From Nageia nagi (taxonomy: Eukaryota > Plantae > Pinophyta): a DNA stretch of 64,000 nucleotides. The stretch is taken from positions 13,144,001-13,208,000 of the forward strand of contig JBITNC010000002.1 in the NCBI GenBank assembly GCA_050084985.1, read 5' to 3'. Position 1 is the first letter of the stretch. Each line of letters opens with the position of its first letter. Below, piece after piece: positions 1-11,803 of the stretch. A program made the translations under genes and the position numbers. The notes under the pieces were generated by a model. The model had not been told where the DNA came from and made no database searches. It saw only the letters and a program-made list of their open reading frames with translations.

Positions 1-481
1 TATTGGCATAGCACCCTTTCCCATCTGGTGGTATTTTGAGATTATGATTATACCTTCAGTGATTTTTGAGATTAGAGAAGTTCTCCTTCAGTGGAAGATA
101 TTTAGGTTTTGAGGGAGCAATATTATCCCATGATTATACTATTTATCAAGAAATGATGGATATTTAATTGTACCCTAGTTGGCTCCTTGGAAACCAACAT
201 CTAGCTATGGTATTGTAGTTATGTCCATTATTGCAACATTATGGCGTATTTATTTATGTATGCATATATGAGCCAAATGTTGGCATTATGAGGGTTTGTA
301 CATTGATATCTACTTATCTTGGTCAAATGTTAGCATCATTATATTATGTAGACTTATAGTATATTACCTATCTTATATGTTGGCAATAGTGTGTTGTGAA
401 TGCTTAATATTGATGCCCTAGACCATATGTTAAGGTTTTTATAATCAAATTTGCTTTTGAATTATGTTTCGAATTCTTACA
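1..481 (+). repeat. 5' LTR (partial) of gypsy-derived copy 1
   Basis: Colinear with 4063-4623 apart from a ~75-bp deletion; followed directly by the tRNA-Met PBS. Confidence 0.88.
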
Positions 482-566
482 GTGGTATCATAGCTTGGAT
501 TTTTCCAACTTGTGTATGAAACCATAAGTACATTGCTACTACACCAAATCCAATACTTGAAGAGAG

Positions 567-2460
567 ATGGCATATGCGAGAAAGAGAGAAAAATCACATA
601 CTAAATAAACACCTTCTAGGGTCATTTATGAGGAGAATCACCAGCCATGGATGAATGAGGTGCCAAATGAGGGTGCATCTGAAGAGGAGGATGATGCACC
701 AAGAGGAAGATCTACATAAACCAAGAGAAGAGGCTCTACTCTGATTCAAGATTCCACACTTGAATGGAATTTCAATGATCTCAACTTGACCATCCATAAC
801 ATGATGGGATCCATCATTGCCATGCAACAATAGTTGAATAAGCATGTGGGATTTCATGAGGATCCAAAGATATAATTTAGCCTTCCATATCCTATTGTAT
901 GTGATAGATAGGAGCCACATGAGGATGATAAGGCATACATGGAGCATAGTATGAGGATATCTCATAGATTGATATATCAATAATCTACTCACCATGGATC
1001 TATGGGTCATCCAGAACACATGGTACTAACCCTACACTAAGAAGGTACTTGGAGGAATAAATTAGTAAGATGGTGGAGCATCCCATCATCCCTAAGCCAT
1101 TTGATCCCATGTCCACAATAATTTAGGGGAGGAGATGAAGAATAGGGTTCCTAGACCATTAGAGTTGAATCAAATTTTCAAGAAGTATCCATTCTAGATC
1201 CAAGGTTGAAGAGATATGTCAACTTCAATAGCAACTTGGAGATATTAGGATTGAAGGGGAGTAGCATACATGACCTATATACCCAAGCAATTTTTGGGGA
1301 GACAAGAGAGACTTGCAACAAAATATAAATAAAATGCAAGTGTAGATGTATGATGGGAAGCAAATGACTACTAAGGCATGGTTGCATCAACTGTAGACTT
1401 ACTTCACCTTTAGCCCAAACATGGTGGAGAAAGATGTGATCCATTTCACATCCTTACACTTTAAGGGTGATACTCTCAAATTTTGATAACATGGAGTGAA
1501 AAACCATGATTACTTGTACATCACCTCTTTTGATAAGTTTGTTACGTAGCTAGTTAAGAGGTTTGATTAAAAGAGGGAAAATGACTACTTCCAAGATATA
1601 ACATTATTGAGGCAATAAGGAGAAATGGATGAATATGTGTCAAAGTTCCATAAGATCATACTTATGATCCACCATATCCCAAAGGACCAATTGATATTCC
1701 TCTTCATAAAGGTTTTTATGGAGTCACTATAGGGCAGTTCAAGGTATCCTCACCTAAGAGCCTTGATGATGCCATCTAGACCACATATGATCTAGATTTG
1801 ACCATGAAGTTCCTCAAAGAAGGGAATATGTAAAAGGGATCAATTAAATATAATTATTTCATCAATAATGAAGGACATATCAAGGTTAAACCATTTCCAC
1901 CACCTCAAATGAACCAATTAGATGTAGCTACATGGAAGAAAATGAGGGAGAAAGGCAAGTGGACATCCTAGATTAGGAGACACCAAGAATAGAGGGAATA
2001 TTAAGGAGCATGATCATTTCACTTCAAGAGGTTAAGAATTACCTCACACTAAATGTTATGGGTAAAATAGGTAGTCAATATGTGATGGTCCTAATTAATC
2101 TAGGAGCAGCCCATAACTTCACCAATGCAAGCATTGTAGAGAAGAAGAATCTAAAATTCAAAGGGTTTGAAGGATTTAGAGTTTCCAATGTTAATGGGAA
2201 ACTCATGCTTATGGATCACATCATTGAGATATTAGGATTAAGGTTGCAACATTGTATGGTGAGGGAGAACTTCTATGTTTATCCCTTGAAAGGGCATCCT
2301 CACATTACTTTGGGAGTGCACTAGTTGTTTGATCTGAGTGACATTTAATCCAATTACCAGAAACTCACCATGAGTTTCAAGATCAATGGGATGACCCATA
2401 CACTACAAGGAATTCAATATGATTGTCCAAAAGTGAAAAATAAGCATCTAGAGGTAATTG
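567..2460 (+). pseudogene. Decayed gag and aspartic protease of gypsy-derived copy 1
   Basis: Fragments homologous to the minus-strand gag (17499-17912) and protease (17166-17399) of copy 2. Retropepsin-like LINLGAAHNF...ITLGV; many C>T stops. Confidence 0.8.
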
Positions 2461-2549
2461 AATGATGCTATAATATGGAATAAGTAGAATATAGGGCCAT
2501 AATGAATGAGGAATCTTGATAAGAGAAGAGGAGTATTGGGTAGCTCCCA

Positions 2550-3050
2550 TATCCCACATTACATCCTAGGGAGCTTGTAGGGGGTACATTAGGCTTAGAA
2601 GACCTCATACTCTACATGTTAGGCCTTAGGGATGGCTTCCACCTCACATTACACATCAAAGCAATTTTTCACATCATGTTGGATATTAGGGAGACTTTCC
2701 ACCAAATGTTGAGTCAAAAGGAGCTCTAATTCCCCACATTGGATTCAAGAAAGCTACTACACCTCACCTAGGAGGATGAGGAATATTTACACATGATGAG
2801 GAGCATGAAGGAGTTTGAGCATCCCATGTTTTATTGAGAGGGTCTTGAGCACTTAAAAACTAGGATAAGATGGTGTTGGCTACCCATGTTGGACTTAGCA
2901 TGGTATGTGTACATGATATTGAACCAAATAGCAGTTAGGAATCCCACATTAGAAGATGGAGGAGTTTTGGACCTCACATGGAGTGATGGGGGAGATTGGG
3001 ATCACACATTGAGCTTGGGGGAGGTTTGGCCTCATATATGGAGCAAGAGC
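2550..3050 (+). repeat. Degenerate 30-bp tandem array (~17 units) encoding H-P-T/M-L-x-x-x-E-x-x decapeptides
   Basis: CCCACATT/CCCATGTT variants recur in the 10-mers at 2551, 2581, 2611, 2641, 2671, 2701, 2731 ... 2821, 2881, 2941, 2971, 3001 with no indels. Confidence 0.85.
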
Positions 3051-3381
3051 TCTATATGTTTAAACTCATCCATGATTTAGTTCAGGTTTTTACAAGTACA
3101 CACTTACAGAGGTACACATACATCCTCATGTGTGTTGAGGATGATACTGGAATAGCTAATTGGGAGTGATAGTTATAGCAAACTAGAGTTTTTCATGCTA
3201 GATTGATGCATGGCTATGAGACTTCAATAATCTACATCACATTGTTATCATGGGTAGAAGGTATTAAAGTTGCATTCCACCATGGAAAACCACAACTATT
3301 ATGTCTGAAGGATTCTCAAAAAATAATATGTTGCAATTTTCCATTATTACTTAAAGGCAAGCAATTCGAGAGGGGAGGCTT

Positions 3382-4623
3382 TGTGACATTCCCCTTACAT
3401 TATTATCATAAATTATAGGATCCAACTAATTCCCCTTTGTAATATATTTTGTTATTGTATTGTACTTTCAAGTTGTATCTTAGGATAGAAGACTTAATGG
3501 GTCAATGAACCCCATTATGAGCCCCAAGTGGGTCATTTCCCTTCTAAGTATAGATTACATTTTTTATTATACTTAGAGATATGATCTTGATTATGGGAAT
3601 CCTAAGGTCTATTTTGCACTTAGATGGATGGATGAGCACTTGTATATATGCACCAACCTTAGGGAGACTCCCAAACCCCCATGTTGGTCTATTATAATAC
3701 CTAGATCCCATGCATGGATCCTAGACCCATGTTGGGTATGTGTGGCACTCCTATACCCCCATGTTGGTATTTATGATACTCTAGGCCCCCATGTTGTCAT
3801 GCTTTATCCCTAAGCACCCACATTAGGCATTTTGGGATCATAGGAGGCTAACATTGGGATTAAGGAGTTTGGTGATGACTCCTAGGTGAGATACAGATTG
3901 AGTTGAGTGTATAAAGAGGCATTGGAGCCTCATTGTTGGATATACATGATTATACTATTATCTCTTGATACCATCCTATAGACATAAGTCTTAGCAATGC
4001 TAAGCAATCCCCTAGGTGCAACATCTAGGAGGGCTATCAAGATGATAGATCTTGTAGCCTATGGTATTGGTGTAGCAACCTTTCCTATCTGGTGGTATTT
4101 CAAGATTGCACTTCTACCTTCAGTGGTTTTTGATATCATAGGAGGGATACTTCAATGGAGAGGACTTGATTTTTGAGGGAGTAATATTATCCCATGGTTC
4201 TACCATCCATCTAGTAGTGAGAGACATTTAATTATTCCCTAGTTGGCTCCTTGGAGGCCAACGTCTAGCTCTAGGAGCTTGGTATTATATCACTTATCAT
4301 TGCTTATCATATATACAACTGTTGGGAATTCGAATCACATCTTGTATTGTTCTTATGTCCATTATTGCAACATTATGGTGTAATTATTTATTTATGCATT
4401 TATGATCCAAACATTGGTATTGTGAAGGTTTATACATTGATATCTTCTTATCTTGGCCAAATATTGGAATCATTATATTATGTACACTTGTAGTGAATTC
4501 CCTAGCTCATATGTTGGTAATATTGTGTTTTGAATGCTTAATATTGATGCCTTAGACCATATGTTAGGGTTTTCGTAATTTAATTTACAAATTTGTACTT
4601 GAGTTGTGTTTGGGATCCTTACA
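3382..4623 (+). repeat. 3' LTR of gypsy-derived copy 1 (~1.24 kb)
   Basis: TGTGACA...CCTTACA termini; preceded by PPT; TATA-like GTATAAAG near 3909. Confidence 0.9.
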
Positions 4624-6798
4624 AAAAATATGGATAGAGCATTGCAATAAATCTCTAGAATATCCTCAATGGGATCATCAAGTTCCTCCACCATGTCTAG
4701 GGTTGCATCCTCATATACCCCTAGTGGCTCAAATAGGGTATTGACATCTAACAAGTATAATTTCTATATGGTACGATGATGTTCGAGCCTAAATTTTTCA
4801 TCAAAATTATAATAAAGACCTTTTTCCTTATCTTCCTTCATTTCCTTAGGAAAAATTCACTTAATCTATAATGACCAATTTGGTTTTGGACCAATTAGAG
4901 AATTTTGTTATTTCCCAATTAGTTACTTCACATGTTTCTACTGAGAAGTGAAATTATCCTTAATCAATTTAGCAAGCCTAATAGTTGCCATTATATTATC
5001 AAGAGTGAACATTTTTATTTCCATATGAATCTCTTCCTTCAACCTACTAATGAAATAACTTCTAACGAATTCTTCATCTAATGTTTTTATACAATTAGCG
5101 ACATTTTCAAATTTAACCTATTATTCTCTAATAGTTGATGTTTGTTATAGTTTTTTTAAATCTTTTATAAAATCTTCAAGATCATTGGGGCCAATACGAG
5201 ATGTTTGGTGAAATCCCCTTAATGAGGGATGTCATTTACCTTCTAGAATGATTTATACCGTTGAATAGTTGATTGATCTAGATGAAATATTAACCTTTTG
5301 TACCTCTAGAATCTAGTTCAAAGAGAAATATTATTCAGCATGATAAATCTAACTAGTGGGATCCTCACCATAAAATTTAGGAAAATATATCTTAGTTATC
5401 ATGGGAAGAATGAAGGCCTAGTAAGGTTCTTGAGGTATTTGTTGCCCTTATCCTCTTGATGGTTGAGATCCACTCAAACTTTTTGATGCACTAATATGGT
5501 ATGCTTACAAGTTGAATAATGTGCAAATTTTGGTTAAGGAAAATATATTTGAAATATATATTTTGCATTGTCTTCCTTAGTTTCTCAATAACAAATGGGA
5601 AGTGAGTATCACCAAGTAGATTACTCATGTATTCCATCTTTTGAGATAATTTTTCAAGCTCTTGAGATCTCCTTCCTTCACCCATTTTACTATTTATGGA
5701 AATTATTATTTTTAGAAACTATTATTTTTGAAAACTACTATTTTTAGAAACTAATATTTTTTAAATTGTTACTTTAAGAAATTGTTACTTTTGGAAACTA
5801 CTATTTTTAGAAACTAAAAAAAGTGTATCGATGTTATATATCAAAACTATTAGCATGAAAAAATAAGCACAATGGGATAGGTCTAGAAATGATGATTTTT
5901 TAACCTTTAAACTATCTAAAAAGTTGTTATCAATGATAATGAACGAGCTTGATCAAAATTAGCTAATTCTTCACAATTTGGGAGATAATAGCCTTTAAAG
6001 TTTTTACTCATTTTGAAATTGTTATTTTAGGTATGAAAAGTTATGGTTCCAAAAATGAGAGTGTTTTTTATAAATTGAGGCTTGAACATAGTTTGAAGGT
6101 TGATCTATAGTGAAAAAATGGATGGATAACACAACCCAATAGATAAAAGGTTTAATTTTGAAAAGGGATCACGAACTAAGGTTTCAAAAATTGATACAAA
6201 TTTCTAGAAAACTTTTGGTAGAGGTTTGGCTAGAAAATAAATAATTTATAAACCTTCAACTTGATCTAACCTTAAAAATATAAAAAACTTTTAGCAATGT
6301 TTTAGTTGGAAACTAGATAAATCTAAGTCTTCAACTCAATTCAACTTCACAAAATTGAAACTTGATCTTTTCTACAAGTAGACAAAATCAAAGCTTTAAT
6401 ACCAAATTTTAGGAACTCAAAAATATGTATAATGGGATTTAAGCCAAAAATAATAAAATATAAACTCATAATGGATCCAAATAACAACATAACAACAACA
6501 CAACTTTGAATAATAGTAAGAGAATGGAAATAGAGTAACTTTACTAAGCAAAATGAATTATAGGATGCTTGGAGGGGGATACCTCCTTATAACTCAAAAG
6601 ATAATATATTTTACAAGATAATATGCATTTATCTCCTATACATATGTATAGTCCTACTACCCTAACCTTACTTGGTAATTCATTACAAAATGGTGATTCA
6701 CCTTACAAAATATGTCAGTCCAGCTTCCAAGTTGATACATGTTGATAATCTAATTAATTAACTATTATAAGTAAATATTATAATATGTAATCCTAATA
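4624..6798 (-). mobile_element. Old Ty3/gypsy element 5' part (LTR ~6407-6798, PBS 6393-6404, decayed gag ~4850-5685); host of copy 1
   Basis: Minus-strand FPKFYGEDPTS and SYFISRLKEEI gag-like motifs. PBS-like TGGTATTAAAGC; decayed inverted LTR ends (TTTTAGG...CCTAATA). Confidence 0.65.
5699..5816. repeat. ~16-17-bp minisatellite (GAAACTATTATTTTTA-like, ~7 units) in gypsy leader
   Basis: Direct reading of the repeated units. Confidence 0.75.
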
Positions 6799-8489
6799 TT
6801 TTCTTTATTTTATATCATAGCCTTATTTGGTTAGATGGTTAGAGCCTTATTAATTTATTCTCAAATACTTTCTATATATTCATTATTATTTGTGTGTAAT
6901 GGGAACCTAGACAAACTCATTATCAGTTTTTATCTTTAATAATGAAGATTATGAGTACTAGAGCATTAAAACAAAGAATTTTTTTATTGGTAAAGGTATT
7001 TAAGATGTTGGAGAAGATTTTTATACAAAATGAGAAGACTAGAGCACACTTTTAATAAGAGATAGATAGAAAAGAAATTGTTACCATCTAATTTTTGAGC
7101 ATATAAATATTATGTAAATTTTAGGTATATAAGTCTTTATTTCTTAAAAAATTTACAAAATATAAAAAATATTGATTATTTTAAATAGGTTTTTATATTT
7201 ACATCTCAAAATAATTTTGAACCATTGAGTGACATCTTTCACTATGAGAGCAAGTGTATATTTTGGACACTAATGTGGAACTCAATTTGTCAATATTGTT
7301 GAGTATCAAATCTCATTTTGAATGTAAAGTACTTCCCCTCAATATATAAATATAAATCAGTTCTACTTAGTTGTTTAATGATAGCTCTTATGATTATACT
7401 CTAAGAGAAAGTTTTTGTTCTTCGCGCTTCAAGCGAAAGTCGATGCTCATCAAGATTATCTTGTCAAAAAATTTCAATATGTAATCATTCATCATTATTG
7501 AAAGATTCTAAATAGATTTCAAGATTTAAAAAAGAAATAACTATATTTTCTTTAGTCACACTGACTTATATTTTAAGTTTAACTTGATAACATTTAAATT
7601 CCTCAATTTCATTGAGTTTACAACACTAAGTCAATATGATAAATTATGATTTATAAATGGACTTGACTCAGCATTTTGAATAAGTTGCACCCACCTTATC
7701 AATCAAAATTGACCTAACTTAATTATTATGGTTGATAATTGGAACCAAGTAAAGGAAGTCTTTTTAGGTTTTAAATTCATTCTGACCTATTGTTGATATC
7801 ATTCATTCCACCTCATTCATTCAATTTAGGATTTTCATTTTATCGATGGTTGATACATATATTTTCATGCATTTATTATGCTAAGCCCCATAGACCTATA
7901 TATAATTGGTCACTATTCATTTTTTGCATCCATAAGTGCAAGTAACATTCCTTTATTAATTGTGAATTTATGTTAATAAAGTTGGTTCAACTACCAAGAG
8001 CATTATCAAAGTGAAGGTTGGCTAGCATTAATGCTTTTAGAGTGAAGCTATACATAAACAGTGGATGTGACTTCACATTCCTTTATTTGGATAAAAGGTA
8101 AATTTATAAAAGGTAGTGAAATTTCTTATTGTAATGAATATAGATAAGCTCAAAGCAACTATCATATTCCTTTAGTTTGACTTAATGTTCTTTGATAAAT
8201 CATGTTAGTGAAATATATTCCTTAATCGGATTGAACTATGAAAACCTAAAAGATAAGTATTATTTTATGTTTATAATATCATTTCAACTAAAATAAAATT
8301 AATAAAACTTTTACTAAGTATTTTTTAGTCAAACACAGCTATTTGTGACAACTCAACTCGACTAAAATGGCTAAATCTTAGCTTAGTCGAATTGAGATGA
8401 TTTGATAGATAATGGTTAATCCTTTATAAGTCAATTTGACTTAGATAACCAAAACTCTCCTAAGTATCATTCTTAACAATTGAATTCAT

Positions 8490-11400
8490 TTCTTGTTACA
8501 TTTCTTGTATCCAAATATTATTAGCACAAGCTTGTTCAAAAAAAGTAAGTTTAAAATTAGAAACATGAGTGGTAGGTACCAAGGCATAGTTCACTACATC
8601 ATCTTTAGGTTCTCCATTATCCTCATATCCATACATGTTCAAGTTCTCAACTCTTTGAACAACTTGATCAACCTCTTGGGATTCGCTTCTTATGAGCCTT
8701 CTCTAAATATTAGTATCCAAAAATTTAGGAGGATGATATTTGAGTACTTTCTTGGTGTTCTTCATATTGGAAAAAATATTTGGATATGTTTCTTCAATTA
8801 AATATGTACTTGTAGTACTTGATTTTGGACTATTGGAGGTACTTGTAGGTGTACTTGAAATAATTATTTGATTTGGTGAAACAAGGCTAGGTTGCACATT
8901 TATTGATTGTACATGGTTGGGTTGAACACATGACTATACATTTTTAGTACTTTCCTCATGGCTTCCATCATCTATAAATAATTTTTGGTGATCCCAAAAT
9001 CCCCCTTCATCAAAAATCACATCTCTTGATATCACAACCTTGTTAGTTTTGAGGTTATAAATCCTATAGGATTTGGTATTTTCATAATATACAATGAAGA
9101 TACATGCCTCATTATTTTCTTCAAGCTTTTTCCTTTTCTTATCAACAACATGTACATATTTCAAACACCTAAAAAAAATTAAGTGGTTGACATTAGGATT
9201 CTTTTCAAACCATGTCTCATATGGAGTCATATTTTCCAAACTTCTAAAGGGATTTCTATTCAAAATGTATAATGTTGTTCGAACTGCATCATTCCAATAA
9301 TAGTTACTTGATTTCTTTTTTTGCAACATGCTTATATACATCTCCACCATATTCCTATTATTTATTTCATCCACTCCATTTATTTGTGGAGTGTAGGCAA
9401 CTATCATCTGTATTTTTATACCAAAATATCTAAAAATTTGAATAAATTCATTGGAATAAAACTCACCACATATATCAATCCTCAAGCATTTTATGCTCCT
9501 CCCACTTTGATTCTCAAAAAAAATTTGAACTCCTTAAAGAACCTAAATTCCTTATATTTATTTTTTATGAAAAACACCCAACAAGTCCTTGAAAAAACAT
9601 CAATTGAAGTGAGAAAGTAGAATTTATTAGCCAAACTCATAGTCTACATTGGACCATAAATATTAGAATGAATTAATTGGAGTGGGTATTGGGTATTCCA
9701 TGCATTAACTTGTTTAAAATGATGTCTAGCATGCTTTCCTAAAGCACACCCTTTGGACATTCAACTTTGTGTAATCCATACACTTTTGTTGAGAGTAATT
9801 TTAAACTTGAAAATTTTAAATGCACAAATATGATATGCCATAGCCAATTCTTACTTTCAATAGTCATAATAAAAAATCTTACCCCTTGTCATACAAACTT
9901 CAAAGGAAATAATATATTGCTTCTCATATGAATAGTATTAACCAGCCTATTGACATTATTCTTATCATATATCTTGCACATTTTATCTTCAAAAATTTGT
10001 ATCTTTTCTCCAACATTTTCCCAATACTCAAAAAACTATGTATCAAATTAAGATTATAGTAAATATATTTTACATTATTATTTCCTTATTTTGTTTCCAC
10101 TTACATATCTCCTTTTTTATATGACCTCCAAGGATTTCTCATCTACAAGCTTTATACTTGATGTGTAGTTGGAATGATCAAGAGATGATAACACTTCCTT
10201 CTTTTGATTCATGTGACTAGTGCAACCATTATAAAAAAAAATGCATGTCTTATCATCATTTTTATTAGCCTTGTTATAATACAAAAACAAATTATATTCT
10301 CCATATAACACTTCTTCACCATAATGGGTTATCCTCCCATCATTTTAAGCTTGCTTCAATATGCACTATCTTTGAAAATGACCAAATTTGTTACAATGGT
10401 AATATTACATGTTTCTTTTGTGTCCTCTTCCTTTACCTCTACTAGTTTCTCCACCTATAGGGACTAAACCATATTCTTTTTTTTTTTATTATTTATCTCT
10501 ACCTCTCTCATAGGAACCTCCTCTACCTCTTCCTCTAGAAGAGTGTTTGCCTATACCTTGTCCACCACCACTTACTTCATTCTCTTTTGTAAAGAATGTC
10601 TTCTCTTCAACACCTCTAGTTTGGAGTTATTTGAGCATCTCCTCATGTTATATTACAAATTTAATCAATTTATCATATTCAAGTGTGTGAAGTTCTATTA
10701 TTTCTCCTATTATTATTATATGGTTCCATTTAGGAGTGAGTTTTCTTAACACTTTTTATCATAACTACCTTTTTTAGTCTCTTCTCTAAGAGTTTCCATC
10801 TTGTTCACAATGGCTTTCACTCTCACACAATAATCACCATCCCATTCATTATTTTGAATATTCAAATTCTCAAACTCTCTTCTCATAGTTTGCAATTTCA
10901 CCTCCTTCACTTGGGCACTTCCTTCATACCCTTCCTTCAATGTTTTCCAAGTTTGTTTAGTTGTTGTATAGCCTACACTTATTGGTAAAATGCTCTCTTT
11001 AAGATCTAATTGTATCTAATACAATGCAAGATTATTTTTCTTCTAATCCTCCTTGGTATTCTTATTCACATATGTTGTTAGAGCACTCCAATCAATAGGT
11101 TCTATATAGCCTTCATCAACTATGTCCCATAAATCTCTTATGATAGCAAAGTCTTCATCTTTATGCTCCAATATTCATAACTTGACCCATAAAACTTAGG
11201 AATTGGTAGAGATAAATTTGTGTTTCTATCCATTATAACACATTCCAATAAGAAACGAAGATTTAACCAAGAATTTGATAAATTACAAGAAAGAAATACC
11301 ACAAGCTTTCTTCAAACCCTTCTTCAACCAAACATACAAAATGAAGTTTTATTGAAAACACTTAAACATTCATATGAACATACATTCACCAAACATCAAA

Positions 11401-11803
11401 CAATGGATAAATGAATTAGACACACCAACAATAGCTCTTTATTCAATGTTATGCAACATACTATACATCCAACAAATGATAAGATCTCCATAATAGATCT
11501 TACACATGAACATGGAAGCAAAAAAAATGATAAAGCAAAAGAATATGTACATCACAGATGAAAGGGATCATCCAAGGAAATGAAATGAGGAGATTGAATT
11601 TTCATTTTATTTACTTTTATTTATTTTATTTTCTATATGTAAGGATTGTTATTCTACTAGAACTATTCTATTGAATTTTGGAATTAGGTAAAAGAAACAC
11701 ATTATTTTAGTATGCATAATATAGTAAAAGTACAAAGGTAGTGGTATGTTGCATAAGTTAAAATTCCCACTAAAGGGTTCCAAAAATTTATAGGAGTTAC
11801 AAT
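8490..11803 (-). mobile_element. Decayed Ty1/copia, 3'-truncated at start of RT (gag ~10300-11230, protease ~10200, integrase ~8930-9700)
   Basis: Integrase motifs GEFYSNEF..YTPQINGVDE..TPYETW..VVISRDVIFDE (8934-9485); UBN2-type gag YEGSAQVKEVKLQTMRREFENL; decayed PBS ~11433-11445; LTR from 11447, possibly resuming at 20927-20998. Confidence 0.85.

Larger units (their letters stand above)
1..4623 (+). mobile_element. Non-autonomous Ty3/gypsy-derived LTR element (gag + protease, no RT/RH/IN; TR-GAG-like), copy 1; 5' LTR cut by window edge
   Basis: 1-481 aligns to 4063-4623 (direct LTRs, ending ..TTACA). PBS TGGTATCATAGC at 483-494; PPT GAGAGGGGAGG just before TGTGACA at 3382. The 2.9-kb interior has decayed gag and a protease (VLINLGAAHNF..., 2010-2324); no RT/IN motifs seen. 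Confidence 0.9.

Noticed and set aside
594-1444. Minus-strand ORFs of 141 and 88 aa (and most other short ORFs in the track)
   Set aside because: Antisense or off-frame readings of decayed TE sequence with no independent coding signal.
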